From: the human T2T-CHM13v2.0 reference genome, Homo sapiens
Length of the DNA stretch: 64,000 nucleotides
Direction: 5' to 3' (one strand)
Assembly: GCF_009914755.1 (NCBI RefSeq)
Contig: NC_060927.1
The translations under genes were made by a program, and so were the position numbers. Position 1 is the first letter of the stretch. The number at the start of each line of letters is the position of its first letter. Positions 35,655 to 53,981 of this stretch are shown piece by piece. The notes beneath the pieces were generated by a model, which did no database searches, had not been told where the DNA came from, and was given only the letters and a program-made list of their open reading frames with translations.

Positions 35655-36965
35655 TGCCAAGACAATTCAATGTGGAAAGAATAGTCTTTTTAACAAATGG
35701 TGCTAGGGCAACTCTATATCCATCAACAAAAGAATAAAAAGTTGGGCCCCTAACTCACCCCATATATAAAAAGTAACAAAATGAGTCAAATATCTAAATG
35801 TAGGAGCTAACACTATAAAATTCCCAGGAGAAAACAGGCATAAATCTTCATGATCCTAGATCAGGCAGTGATTTCTTAGATATCACTATCTATATTCCTT
35901 AGATACCAAAAGGACAAGCGATACAAGGAAAAAAATAGATAAGTTAGCTTTTATCAAAATAAAAAAAATTTCTGTTTCAAATGACACCAGCAAGAAAGTA
36001 AAAAGACAAGCCATCGAATGGGAGAAACTAGGAATCATATATCTGATATGAGACTTGTATCTAGAATGTATAAAGAATTCTTACAACTCAAAAATAAAAA
36101 GTCAAATACCCCAGTGAACAAATGGGCAAGGGATTTCAGTAGACATTTCTCCATAGATAATACACAAATGGCCAATAAGCACACACAAAGATGCTCAGTA
36201 TCATTAGTCATTAGAGAAATTCAAATGAAAATCACAATGAAATACCATTTCTTAAATGGTATTTCACACCTACTAGAATGACTATAATCAAAGAGAGAGA
36301 TAATAATAAGTATTGGCAAATACAGAGAAACTGGACCTCTCATATACTATGGGAATATAAAATGGCAGAGCCGCTTTGGAAGACAGTCTGGCAGTTCCTC
36401 AAAATGTTAAACATAGAGTTAGCTATAACCTGACAATTCTACCCCTAGAGAAATGAAAATATATATCTGCACAAAAACTAGTAAAGGATGTTTATAGCAG
36501 CATTATTTATAATAGGCAAAAAGTAGAAACAACCCAAATGTCCATCAACTAATGAATGGATAAATACAATGTGGTATATCCACATCATGGAATATTATCT
36601 GGCAATAAAAAGAAATGAAATACTGATACATGCTATAATAATAGATAAGCTTCAAGAACATTATGCTAAGACAAATCAGTCATAAAAGACCCCATATTGT
36701 GTGACTCCATTTATACAAAATGCCCAGATTAGGCAAATCTATAGAAAAAGAAAAATCAGTGGTAGCCAGAGGCTAAAAATAGAAGGAATGGGTAATGACT
36801 GCTAATGGGGTTTCTTTCTGAGTGGATGAAAATGTTCTAAAATTGATTAGGTGGTGGTTGTGCAACTCTGTGAATACACTAAAAATCACTGAATTGTATA
36901 GTTTAAGTGGCTGGATTATACAGTATGTAAATTCTATCTCAGCAAACCAATTATTAAAAAAAAAA
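35655..36965 (+). mobile_element. L1MB-like 3' fragment
   Basis: ORF2 C-terminal remnant (KWARDFSRHFS..SLVIREIQMKITMKYH), 3'UTR and A tail. Confidence 0.82.
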
Positions 36966-37345
36966 TCCCATGAGCTGAATAAATATGACATACGGTAACA
37001 AGAATTTAAATATAACCCATAGCAAAATATTATGTCTGTTTTGCTTTTTTAAGCGAACACAGCTCATAGTCTGCTATTAAATAAAACAAATCACAAACCT
37101 CATGTGTGGGAAACAGACTGGCCAGGAAGAAATTTTTGTGCCTTGGAAGAATTCAAATTCCCTAGAAAGGGCAGTCAAAAATCTTTAGCAACTGACTCAG
37201 ACTAAAGGCATCAATAACCTATTGCTGGCTGAACCAAATTTAAGCTGCTAGGAAATGACAGTACTTTAAAAATGGGCTTTGCAAAGTCATTTTAGTAATA
37301 AATACAAGAACATCTGCAGCGAGAACTCTCAGCCAAAGGCTGTTA

Positions 37346-37435
<90 letters not shown>

Positions 37436-38727
37436 CTATGAGAAATAAACAAGACAATCATGTTAGTCTTTATTTTCTTAGCAATATACGTAAGAACAAT
37501 ACTGTAATATATTTTTTAAAATGTTTCACACAGCAGATGTGTTCTGATCACTGAAATCACATCAAGAAAGTCAACGACACAGAAAAAAAGCCGCCTCATC
37601 TCACTCAGGGTCTCATCTGATTCCAGGTCATATCACCTGTAACACTTAATCAAGTGGAAAGTTACACTATATTATTTCACCATGAGAATTCCTTATAGGT
37701 GATTTTCTAAATTACATTCTCAGAATACTTAGGAACACTGCAAATTTAATCAATGGGGAAACTAGTTTTTTTCAGATTCACATGTTGTATAAATGCTTAT
37801 GATTAAAAATTCTATATTGGCAAACATTCTATCTCATGCTAAGCTTGCTTTTTTAACAGAGTAGATGGTAAAGCCTGGTCTAGTTTTCTCCACCCTTTCT
37901 CCATTATTTCCTGGTATCTGCTTTCACCTTGTCTTGTTTGTCTGGGTCTCTTATTATCTCTGAACTTCTATTTTAAGTAGCCTCAACTCTCTTTTGTATG
38001 TTGCATATATATAAGCCAGTTAATAAAATAAAAAATGTTTTTTTCCTCTAAGTACTTCTGCTATTTATATATCTACAAAATAGTCTTTAAAACTGTTACT
38101 AGAAAACAAGTTACAACATTATCATAACAATGCAAAATATTTTGTTGCTGCATAAAGGAATGTGAAAAATTTGGTGCAAATATTACTAATGTTATGTGTT
38201 CAAATAGAATAGATTGTTATAACACATCTGTAATTTATAAGGACAATTATCACAAAGTAATATTTGCTAATCATCTCAAGGTAAAGAGATATATATGTAA
38301 CAACTCGTAATTATCATCCCTTTGTGGCATTATCATTTTTATGACTATATAAGCTTTTATACTTAAGTGCATAAATCTGTAAAATGCCTCCAGAAGACAA
38401 ACTTACAGGAAGACACGGTGCAGAAAGTCTTTTGAGAATGTGATTCCCCTTAGGGCATCAGACAATCAAAATCTCATTGGCAACCAAACCATGTTTCTTT
38501 TTCTGAATTCATATTATAAAGAAGCTTAGCATGCCTCAGCAGCTGTAAACACAGACTGGCTACATGTCATGTCCTTTACTTCTCCTTTTTTGGAAGAGTC
38601 GGATGAATGCTGACTGCTTATCTTGACTAGAGGAGTGTCAACCAGGTCTATGTCCCAACTATGTATACCTACATGGCGTTACTGACATCATTTAATACTA
38701 TTGTCACATTAAAAAGAAAAGCTGATT

Positions 38728-39042
<315 letters not shown>

Positions 39043-40085
39043 AGAAAAGCTGATGTTAATGCTACTAAAAAGAGATGAAGCAAAATGATTCTGGGCAATA
39101 GATGAGCCAGCCTTCACATCTTTCCATCTCTATGGTATAATTGTTTAAATTAATAATACTAATAGCATTACTAAGCTCCAGACTTTATGCAGAGTTCGCT
39201 CATTTTCCACTAATGTCCTATATCTATTCCATGATGCCATTCAGGATACCACACTGCATTTAGCCAGCTAATATATTATATTTAACTTAGGTTTCTCTAG
39301 CCAGGCTCATGAAACAAATAAAGCTCCAATTCTTCCCTGCTTGTCTCTAATGAATTGTTGCTGTGCAGAGCGGGAGAGGGCCAGGACCCAAGGGGAAGAA
39401 AAACAGGGCTAGAATGGTTTTCCTCAGTTAACCCATTCCCCTATCTACCTTTAAAAAATTCAATGGGAAAGAAAAGACTCAAATAAGGAAGGAAATTATG
39501 CTATGATTTATTTTTTCCATTATTGTGACTTTTTATTTTCTCAGGGTTTTTCAAGTTCTCTGAACTATTTTTATATTCACTTTGAAGAGTAATTTAAGTT
39601 CCCAAACTAAACTCAGTGTCCCCAGATTTTCTCATATGCTCTAAAAATTCTGGGATGAAAAAAAGCTTCCTAATCAATAGTAGTTCACACAGGATTGAAG
39701 AAGGTGGTACCTGCTCTTAATGTTCTCACATCTTCCTTTTCCACGTTCTTTTCCCTGCACTCTCCCTACTCCGCCATGCCCAAACCAGTGGCATCCAGTG
39801 GTCTCTATTTTAGCAACTCACCCCTGTGTGTGCTCTCCTGAAATAGAACTTGCTTCACACTTAAACCCTCCAACCCAAGCGAAAACAAAACTTACCTATC
39901 CATGTTGGGGTATTTCTGTCTAATACTATTACAATGAGTTGATGATGCATTTTAACAGCAAAGATTTGTGAGACTCCCAATAGAATCTTGAGTTAATGAC
40001 AATGCAGAGCCAGTTCCAGGTATGCTTGGGAGGTCAAAATTCAGGTGATATGAACCAGAGCTTCTCCAGCACTTTTCACGCCTCA

Positions 40086-40304
<219 letters not shown>

Positions 40305-42593
40305 CTACAAGGCAGCAATCAGAAATGAACAAGTATTAGCAATGGAGAGGACATCAGATATATTAATACAATGAAGTCACTCCTTTTTCTTCCAGACGAC
40401 TGAATGATTACAGTGGCTTGAGTGTCATGTGTGAACCAAAGGAGAGTAGTGGGGTGGGGAATGCTGCTAAGGAAGAGGGGAGAAAGGGGGCAACTGGTCC
40501 TTGGATGTAGTCCATAAGGAAGGTCCTCAGCTGGAAATCACATCCTGAATATACCCTCTTTCATCCAGGATTATTTTCATTCAAAACTGGAAACCACAAA
40601 TTGTGGTTTCTACAAAGACTATTTCAGAAGTACCTCTTCTGATGGCTGTGAGTATGGTAACCATTTGTATTCCTTTCCTATGACAGTCCCTCAATTATAC
40701 CAGAATCCCTGTTGTTCTGGTGCATTTATTCAGAGCACCCATCTTTACTCTTAAAAGGGTACTGGTTTGGACCATATGGTATGGCCATCCTAGCTCTGAC
40801 TTAACAATGTGATTATTCCTTTTCCCCTAAATAGATATTGTTCAGATTAATACATTCTAAAAGGTAGGTCATTTGGCATGTGATCTTCATTCTACCTTTA
40901 ATAGCTGTCTGTTCCATGGCACGCCACTTTAGTCTAAACTTTCTAATGGCATAATAAAGGAAATTAATCACAGGAAAGAGAACTGGGGCTCAGAGAAGCA
41001 AAGAAACTTGCATGGTGTCACAGAGGTACTAGCATCAGCATCACAGCTTGAACTTGCTTTTTGTCATTCCATATCCGAAGTTTTTCTACTATGCCACACT
41101 GTTTTGCCACTTCATCACATGTGTGTGGCATGCCAGTCAATTTGGGATTGATCCCATCACCTCAGATTAAACCCATCGAAGTGGAGCTCCTGACTTTTTT
41201 CTCTAAACCATTTCCCATTTCAAATACCCCACTGGCCAGGGGCATACCATCATTCTATTAGTCTTTGGCATGCCTCTTCTCCTTAGCGTCTATATTCAAT
41301 CTCACATCTACTTCAGTTTATTCTTTGGAGGATTTCTCAGATTTGCCTCTTTCTCATCGCTCACATTGCCTCGCTCTACGCAGACACTCACCTGTCCAGG
41401 CTGTATTACTCGAGCTTCTTCTCGCTCAGACACCTGAATATAGGTTATATACACTGATGCAGAGCAGGACTGTCTAGGTTCAAAGTCTGGCTCAACTATT
41501 TACTGGCTGTTGATCGTGTTTCTTAACCTCTTTGTGCCTCAGATTTTTGTTCTATAAAATGGAGTTCTACTTTATAGGGTCATAGAGAGGATTAAGTGAA
41601 TTACCGTGAAATGTGTAGCAGGAGGCCTGGTATCTATTAAGTGGTTATAAGTGTTATATTAATGAGCATTAGAAGATGTGTTTGAGCTGTGGCAGGTCAT
41701 GTCAGGGATGCTGCAGAGCAGACTGTGGCTGTGCACAGAAGAAAGGATGAGAGAACATGGAAAGAAGGTGTTCTCAACACTCAGCAACCATTGGTCATCA
41801 CTTTTTTCCAACATTCTAACTAGCATTGCAGTATGATGTTGGCATATAGTAGGTGCTTAAACAATAGCATGACACACAGAAGAATTAGTATAAAAATAAT
41901 ACTTGCTATTTCTGGTTTGAAATGAATATTAAAACTGTCCCTTATAAGGTCAACTGATATTGAAAATAAAAAGAATGCTCCCATACTCATTAGGAATATA
42001 CAAAGCGATCCAATACATAATCAGTTCTATGTCTGCTGTATATAAAAGGCCTGGAAAAATTCTTGTTCAAATCAATAACTTTAAAATTGCAACTATACGG
42101 CCATTAAATCCAAAACTCACACTTACTAAAAATCGCTGACTGTGCCATCCTCAGTAGTGTTATTTCTTTATCCAATATGAGGTATTTATTACAAAATATC
42201 GCCAATCAAAGCATTAAAAAAATTATCAGATGAATATGTGCAACAAAATTTCAAAATTTAATTGTCAACATGAATATATTAAATATCATAGAAGAGAACT
42301 CATAAGGAAAATTTAGATAAATATTATCCACACTGGAAAAATATCATGATTTTACATCATCTCCAAGGAGCTGCATTATTATTCATCAGGTAGAAAAAAC
42401 AAAGGTTGAAGAAATAGAAGTTTTAATTCTTAGTCCACTCAAATTAATGTTTAATTTTGTTACTAAGGAACATAGCACTGAAAATGCAGGCTACTTTGAG
42501 AAGATTCTCATGCTATCCTGATGTAATTCTATACAACTCTGGAGGCAACGTATACAATTGCAGATTACACTGGAAAGAAGGGAACCTCCAGGA

Positions 42594-42902
<309 letters not shown>

Positions 42903-43550
42903 TGATGTTTAAATGACTTGTCCAAGGTGTAAGAGAATTTACATATAATTTAAATATCATGGAGGTTCAGTTTCCTCCACTGTACAACTGAGACCTCTCC
43001 CCATCCCCTAAAGCTGCTGTGAAGAAAAAAATGGCATAACAAACACAAAGTGATAATAATGGTATGTGGCACTTAGTACTAGATATTCTATATACAGTAT
43101 GTCCACCTCTGTAAAAAGTTATAGGCAAAGTTTATAACCCACCCTTGCTGGTAACATCTGAGTTTTTCCCTCGAATCCAAAAACCTTATACTTTCTTTCC
43201 TTTCTCACTCTCAAAATTTGCTCTGACTCAATGAACTCATTCACATAAGATTCAATAAATTCATTCACATAAGATACACATGAGGAGAATTACATCAATG
43301 TCAGCTTGCATATGAAGTCTAATAGATTCAGAGTGGCTTCCTGGACAGCTGGGTTAAGAGGCGATTCTTGAAAGCAGGTGCACTGGGGAAGAATTCTGAG
43401 ATTGATCCTCAATGGCTTTCATGGAAGGGGACGCCTGAAGGTCACATATTTGCCATTTTTTCTGTGAAGGATAATGGTAAATGTTTCTCTATCTGTAGGC
43501 ATTTAAGTATTTAAAATATTAAAGCTTCAAGCCAAAAGAAGACCATTTTA

Positions 43551-43962
<412 letters not shown>

Positions 43963-44308
43963 TCAGCATCATCTATCCCATTGCCTGAGTCCAAGCCCCG
44001 TATCCTTTACTTACAATAAAAACTCATTAATTAAAAAATGTCATCATTTGTGGCTAAACTTGAAACATATCTTTCAAGCAACACATGAAGAAAATCACTT
44101 GGGATTGTTATTCATTTACTACTATTCTAATTAGTTAAAATCTCCCTATCACCACAAGAAAAATGGAAAATACGAATTTCCTTCTTGCTCTGCCTAGACC
44201 ATTGAACTACAGGCAGGGAACCCTGAGGTTATATAAAAATCAACTTAACTGCTTTAAATGCTTGATGGCCTAGGAAGTTTTATCAACAGTCAAATAAGTC
44301 AAACCCAT

Positions 44309-44670
44309 TGTATTCGTCTGTTCTCATGCTGCTAATAAAGACCTACCAGAGACTGGATAATTTATAAAGGAAAGAGTTTTAATGGACTCACAGTTCCACA
44401 TGGCTGGGGAGGCCTCACAATCATGGCAGAACACAAAGGAAGAGAAAAGGGACATCTTACATGGCAGCAGGGAAGAGGGCATGTGCGGGGGAACTGCCCT
44501 TTATAAAACCATCAGATCTCATGAGACTTATTCACTATCACAAGAACAGCACGGGAAAGACCTACTCTCATGATTCAGTTACCTCCCACTGGGTCCCTCC
44601 CATGACATGTGGGGGATTATTACAACTCAAGGTGAGATTTGTGTGGAAACACAGAGCCAAACCATTATCA
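44309..44670 (-). mobile_element. THE1 (MaLR) solo LTR, same orientation as PLD1
   Basis: TG...CA ends, 362 bp, perfect 5-bp TSD CCCAT (44304-08 / 44671-75). The minus strand starts TGATAATGGTTTGGCTCTGTG, like the THE1 consensus. Confidence 0.9.
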
Positions 44671-45838
44671 CCCATTTTGATTGATTTCCTTTTGTTTTAT
44701 TTTTTCACCTTTTTCCATTGCCACTGAGATTTCCTTTTGTTTTAATATTTACTCTCTTCATTTTCTTCACTGACTTCACCAACTTGTCTTGCATTTCTGT
44801 TTTAAACCAATGTAACTGAGATAACCCTCAAACTGTTCCCTCACATGCAAAAATATAGCTTATCTTACCGTCCCAAATGTGCTGGGAATCAAATCTAATC
44901 TATACTTTTCAAACCACGAGTTTGAATACATAATTTTAAAATATATAAAAAATGGCATATTTCTGATTTTATGGTTTAACCTCAAAGCTGTAACTTGGAC
45001 TAGTCATTTTCTTCGTGCTACGTCTTATTTTTTAACCTAAAATATAGCCTTCTCTTTAACCACAATCCCTAATCACCTTCCATCCTATGGGCCCAAGTCA
45101 AATGTATGGATTAAATAACAGAAATTTCTTTCTGAAGGAAAACCTTTGGATCTTTCTTAGTATTTGTCCCAAATTCCCTTCCTTTCTCTCATCATAATGC
45201 TTTTATTCCCTATAAATTCAGCACATATATGAATTCCTTTTTATTTCCCTGAGATTCCAAGTCAATCATGGAACAAAGACTATTTAGGACAAAAGCACTT
45301 TTTATATGTTTCACAAGCAGAGGCCAACTGTGTAGAAGCTCACAAGTGGTATGCATTGGGGAGAGAAGGGAAGCCTCTGATTGTCGGGCCTTTTTCTTCC
45401 AGACTGTACTGAGAACAGCAGGCAAGGAGCATCAAGAAATTGACCTAGTTCAAGAACCTGTCTCATCTTATCAAGCTCTTTCTTTTCATAGCCACTTTTC
45501 TAGTTGAGTGTCAGCCATTCATATCACAGTGTGCAGTTATTCACATAGGATGATTCCTTTCCTGAACAAAAGAGAAAAGTTAATTTTGAGGCTGAAGGAC
45601 AGAAAGAAAAGATAATTATTGAAGAATAGGACTTAAGGTGAAAGAAGTCCTAGGAAACACAGTATTAGTTGGGTGTTCTTGGGAGCCAGAAAGAAGCAAA
45701 AGGAGAGTTAGGGATGGATTTGGGGCTGTGGCAACAGAAGGTGATACCCAAAGGCAAACAGGACATGAAACTTTGCTCTGCTAGAGCCCCAGCAGTTACA
45801 ACCATCCTGGTCTTACTGGAAACAGTATCCATAGCTAA

Positions 45839-46185
<347 letters not shown>

Positions 46186-47535
46186 CCCACTAGTTACCGT
46201 TATTTTAACCTCTCAAAGTCTCAGTTTCCTCATCTGTAGAAACAGGCTGCACAGGAGTTTAGCTTACAGACTGCTGAATGTATATGAGATAATGCACAAA
46301 GGGTTAGCACAGTGCCAAGCACACAGCAAATGCCCTGTTCATATCAGCTCTTCTAGCCAAGACCCACAGTAACACTCACAAACGTGTTAGTCCATGAAGG
46401 CCTGGCCCATACATGGAAAACAACTCCCATGGTAAATAACTTCCATGGAAATGGACAAGGTGGATTCCTTTTACCCCCACCTGCTCACTTTATTTTTCAC
46501 CTATCTACTTTATTCTCTCACACCATTCTGGGATACAAAACATTTTGCTGTCCTTTCAGATCTAACAGATCCTTGGGAATATCCTTTGGACATTTATTCC
46601 AAGCGTGAAAACAATTTTTTTTCAGTGGTATAATTTGGATGTTATTTATACTTTCTTGAAAATTTTCTTTTTTTTTCCTTCCTCTCTCCCTCTCTCCTTT
46701 TTCCCTTTCCTCCTTTCTCATTCTTTCTTCCTTCCTTTCTTTGTTCCTCCCTCCCTTCCTTCTTTCCTTCTTTTCCCATAAGTAGGACTGAAGACATTAT
46801 TCCAGTAGAGTTATTTCCATATAGGCAGGAATTCTCAGCATGACTGTCCAAGGAATGGTTTCTACTATGAGCTTTAAAAAGGATTGTTCCCATGTGTTGA
46901 CCCCATGTTGATGCTGACACGGCATTCAGCATTTTCTTTCAGCTTAATAGACATGTCAAATATCCTCTGTCTTTATAATATATCTTAAATGCCATTAAGA
47001 CCATTCTGGAACTGAGTTTATTCTAGTTCCTTCACCTTCTCTGTGTAGAAGCAGTTTCAGGACCATCTCTCCCACTTCCTCCTGCTACCCATGCCTTTTC
47101 CTGCCATGTCTTCTCTGAGTGCTCTTGGCAGGCTTCTGAGAAGGCCCAGCACTGAGGGGAAACATCCAAGATTCTTTTAAAAGTACAGTGGAAGCTGCTG
47201 AAGTCAGCTGTCAGGTCTAGATAACTTTTTCAGGAGCAGCAATTCGTGCTGGTGGGCAGGCATCCATACTGCCTGCCGTAGCTCCCCTCTCCCTGGCTGG
47301 CTGTGTCTCCCCCTCTGGAATTGCCAGTGGCGTGTGACCAATGTTTCTGTATTAAAAAAATTAATAACTAGGTGCCCTTCTCCAGAAGAAAGAATAACTT
47401 GAATTTTATCTATTATTTACTTTATTATGTCAAATACTCTTTCTCCCCATTCCAATAGATTTATGGCATAAAAATTTCTATCTAGAACAAGCTTGGTGAC
47501 CTACCCAGAGAAATGTTAACTTCTTTGTTGCAAAC

Positions 47536-47834
<299 letters not shown>

Positions 47835-48169
47835 TGTTGCAAACTTTTGAAACACTAGCGAAAGCTTGAAGGCTGTTTTTGATGGAACTCAAACTGGTAT
47901 ACTCTTCTAAATGCTTTGCATGGATTAATTTAACCATCACCACAATCCTGTGAGACAGATACTGTCATTTATGTTTTTTAAATGAATGAAACATACTGCA
48001 GAGTGAAGTAATTTTCCCGAGGTTACACAGCTCATATGTCACAGAGCTGAGATGTTAACACAGTCTGGCTCTAGAATCTATCCCTTAATTGCTACCTTAT
48101 ATTTTTCTTCACAATTAAATAAGCTTGTGGCTTCTAAGTTACATTATGAACAGTCAACTATGTTAAAAT

Positions 48170-48480
48170 CTTGTTCTCACTCATATGTGGAAGCTTAAAA
48201 AGTCAATCTCATGCAAGTAGATAGTAGAATGATAGAAACTAGAAGCTGGGAAGGGTTTGTGTAGGCGGGTACAGGGAATAGGGTGGAGATAAAGAGAGGA
48301 TGGTTAATGGGTACAAACATAGTTAGAAGGAATAAGTTCTAGTATTCAATAGCAGAGCAGGTTGACTATAGTTAACAACAGTGTATTGGTATTTCAAAAG
48401 AGCTGGACGAGAGGACATGAAATGTTCCAAACACATAGAAATAACAGAAGACTTGAGATCATGACACTCCAAATACCCTG
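48170..48480 (+). mobile_element. L1MA-like 3'UTR fragment
   Basis: tgttctcactcatatgtggaagct...ggttaatgggtacaaa..gaataagttctagt. Confidence 0.75.
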
Positions 48481-50606
48481 AGGCCTCTTTAATAAAATCA
48501 ATGCAAATTTACAAATATAAAGCTGAGAACAGGTCTAGAAAAGGCCTGGGTGGCTGAGGGTCCTAAAGCTAAGCAAGGGCCTGAAGCTGCAAGGAACATG
48601 AGTTCCTGAAGGGAGCAATTCATTCCCTACTTACAGCCTTAACTCCAGCCAGTCTGTAGGAGATTTTACTTTAGGCACTGAGATGGCAAAAAGCTAATTA
48701 TAGAAATAGCAGGTTTTCAGGACCAGAGGAATAAAATAAATTATAATCTTATAATCTTGGAATTTAAGAGTTCATCAGTGATGTCCTAGTTTCTTAACTC
48801 TTATCCTTCCTTTTAATTTTTGTCCTATTTATCACTGCCATGTGGCTAAATGTACCTATGATGTTTTAATTTACTTAGATATTTTCCTTTTCTCTCAAAG
48901 ATCCATAGAAACAAGTTTAATGATCAAGGTAAAAATTCTGAGCAATGGCTTCTATTTCTATTTAGTGATAAGTGTCATTCTAACTACTTTAAAAATTAAG
49001 AAGTGTATCTGTGGTGGCCATTTGAGTTTTATTTTGTGAGGGATCATAACTATAGCAGGAGGATTAAATAGAAAGTCATTAACACCTGTACTTTGAATGA
49101 TACCTCTTGTATGAAAGACAATGAATGAAAATTTTCCCTTTAAATGTCTGAAGGGACTCAGATCAGATTCATACCAAACATAAGTCTTTCAGATGACAAA
49201 ACTGGGCTCAGGGAGGGGTAATGGCATGCTGAGGCCACATGCTGCTATACAATCTTCATACCACACCACCTTGTGTGCTTTTATGATTTGTTAGCGTGAA
49301 AATGCATGTTATTATATTTAGCTGGATATTTCCAGCAGCACTGCCTAGCGACACTTTTATATACCCATTTTATATATCCATTATCATGCTGCAAAATTTA
49401 TATTACCAAGAACTAGATGTACTACAGGAGCTACCTGAGTCCTTTGGTGATCTCAATTAGTGCCCTGGCCCATCAGTCATGACACAGTTCCTATGGTTCT
49501 TTGGAGACTTTGTGACACTAAACTATCTTTAACTTTTTCCTCTGTCCCAAATTTTCAGTTAGTTCCTAGTCGTGATGTCCCTTTGTCTCTTTCCTCAAAA
49601 ATACCTCCTATTTGTTCCTTCTCTTCATTTCTAGTTTAGGACTTAATTATATGTCAGAATTACTGTAATAGCCTCTTCACTTGTCCCCTTGCTCTCATTA
49701 TCTCTCTAGTCTAATAAGTTCTTCATGTGTATAAACATTTGGTCTCAAGGTATTTGTTTGGAAAGATGGAAACAGATAAGAATGCATAAAACAAGAGATT
49801 CTCTGTCAAATAAGCTTGGGAAATGCGCACATCATATTCCTTCTTGGTGGTTTTATAATACACTGTAGCATAAAAAAGGTGCTAAGGAGTCCTGTATTAA
49901 AGAATTCTGCAAAACCTTATCTGTCCATGGAAATCTTTGTGGAATAGTTATCAGCATCTCACAGGTAAATTCAGTTTGGAAAACTCTCTCCTCCATTAAT
50001 CTTCATTGAACATTCCTGCATCATGCTTCTTGCCCAATCGAAAAAAAAAAACATCCAAAGTTCACTAGCACTTCTAGGACCAGGTCCAAATTCACTAGGA
50101 CAGCACTCCAGGTGTAGCCCCCACCCCGCCCCCGCCCTGGCCTTATGCTGTCTAACTTCATCAGTGCCTCTCTAAGAGCGAATGGGTTACTGCAGTCAGT
50201 CCTTTTGTCTTCTGAGCAAGCAGGACTATTCCTTAGAGTGGACACCCAGTTCTGTCCCTCTGGATTTCCAAACTCTTACAGCATGCTGGTCCTTACTGTC
50301 ACACCAGCATTTACTCAGAGACCATACCTTGCACTGTAACTGAATTATTCATCTCAGCTATCTCTCCCCAGCTAACTAAGTTTCCAGAGGCAAAGAACTC
50401 CTTTGCTGTCTGCCCTCTCGACACCCAAGTGTGCTTTGATGACTTCACCATGCAAACGGACAACACTTAGTAAACATATGTTGGCTGAATAAATGAATGA
50501 ATGAGTGAGTAAGTCTTGTTAAATATCCTTGGCTTTGTAGATTCTTGAGTCCAGGCCACCTGAACATGTGAGGGATTAACATATGAGCTTATCAGATCTA
50601 GTCTCA

Positions 50607-50919
<313 letters not shown>

Positions 50920-51387
50920 CTCTAGTGTCATTTCTCACACAACATCAGTGATGCGGAAAAAGCGAACGAAGAGAAGCATTTTATAGAGTCTCTATTGACC
51001 TCACCAGGCAGCAGGATGAGACTATGTGAGTCAGGGCTTTACCAACAGTGAAGTGGAAAATATATGCATATGCAACGCTATGCTAAAACTTCCTTCATTG
51101 ATTACAAAAATACTTAATTCCCAGCAATCCATTTTCAACAGATACTTATTAACATCAGCTAACTTTGAAAAATTGACCACCACGTCAATAATAATGCAAG
51201 TTCAAATCTTAAATTCTTATTTTCCTAATAACAAGTTTCTTATTTTATATTCTAGCATTGGTAATTTTTTCTCCTCTACGTAGAATAAAATTAAACAGGT
51301 TCATAAAATATTCATCAACTTACATATAAATCATAGCTATCTCTATGCCTCTGAGTTTAAATTAGTTTTCTTTTTAGCCTGGGATGA

Positions 51388-51708
<321 letters not shown>

Positions 51709-52598
51709 TTTTTTAAAAAAAGTTCTATTATTTGATCTACAGTCTGAAATGTCTTATTTCTTATATACACATACCTCCAATTGCACACGATGCAAAATAA
51801 CTGATTTAGGCACTTCATTTATATAATCACATTCCCTAGGATCCATGTCTGCATTATATAAGTCCCTACTGATGGTCCCTACTGATGATATGTAGCAGTA
51901 GCAGACTGCTGGACTTTACTTAAACAATTCTTCTGATGCCCATATTGATGACTTCAAACAAAAGGCAATGCCAAAGGTGGCCCATCCTACTTCTGTCCCC
52001 ACATGATCTCAAGATATTTGAGCTGTAGTTGGTAAAGGAAGCAGATTGGGTAACACTGGACCAGACTAGGATTTCAAGCTCCACCTCTGTTGATAACTAG
52101 CTGGCCGGCCCTAGATAGGCCTCAGAGCCCCACTAGGTCTGAATTTTCTTATTTGTAGTTTGAGATGGTTAAACTGGATGTGGTAAACTGTTGTGACTCT
52201 ATTAAGCAAATTCCTTATTCCATTAAAAGGGCCTCTAGAAGACATTTGGTTAATCAGGAACTAAAATTAGACTGAACTACAACTAGCTTCCTAGCTGCTA
52301 AGTTTCAGCCACATTCCTGGTGCTTAGGCAGTATCAGGTCCAGGTTTACTGGGTATCATGTTGCTAGGGTCACTTCAGAAGGAATTACAGGAATAGCCTT
52401 GGCTGTGGCCTTTTCTAAGGACATGCATTTATTATATTTATAAGAGTTTTAAAAAGAGACTGAATTGAATCCATTTAACATAGGAAATATAATAACAAGT
52501 ATTAAAAGATCCATTTAGTTTTGCTTTAGAAAAGCAGTCATTGAAAAATCTGAAGCCAATGTAATAGGCCCTTGGTCCAATAACAGTAATTTTACTCA

Positions 52599-52751
<153 letters not shown>

Positions 52752-52832
52752 CTAAAATAAAGAAAAAGGATAAAATATTCAAATGAGAAAAAAGATTCAT
52801 TCTCCCTACTTTGTGATTATAAAAGAAATTCA

Positions 52833-53156
<324 letters not shown>

Positions 53157-53981
53157 ATTCAGGTTAATTTGAAAAAGAAAAAGAAAAATGTTAATGGTGG
53201 ACATTTCTAAGTGAAGGGCTACAGATTATTTGTGTTTGTTTTCTACTTCTCACAGTCCTGTTTTTACCTTTTGTAGGGGAAATATTGTTTTATATTTGTA
53301 AAGACAGGTTAAATATAATCTGTAGTTACAGAACTTTATAATTGCAAAAATGAGACTATTGTTTTATAAACTAATTTTTTACTGATTATGTTCTAGATAT
53401 CTTGTCACAGCAATATAGTGGGATATCATTATTTTTAATAACTTCATAGTAAAATGGTATAAAAGAATCATTTGTTTAATAAATTCCTATTAGTAAGGAT
53501 TTCTGTTATTTCTAATTTTATTTGAATTATTAGAAGCCATATCAAAATAAATTACCTTATTGGATTATGGCTTTAGTTTGAATACCCGGAAATAGTTTTT
53601 CTGGATCAAAGATTGCATACTTTAAAAAAGACTTATTGGTGTTGTACAAATTTATCCTCCCTGGGGTAGCATGTATGAGCACACCACAAAAACCACCCCA
53701 AACCTAACTACAGGTATCAGCAGAGACTTTTATCTTTGCCAGTATAGCAGGTTAAAAGTAACACCCCATTTGTTTATTCATCCATCTCCCCTAAATTTTT
53801 GTTAAAAAATTTCAATTAGAATGTCCACTAAATTTTTATAATCATTATGTGAATGAAAAACAAAGTTAGACTCTAAGTGGTTGATAAAACTAAATTCTTT
53901 TTCCAAATGACCAAGGGGAATCATGACTCATTATCCCTTCAAGTAAATAAAGTGAAACTTTAATAACACCTGAATATGTAC

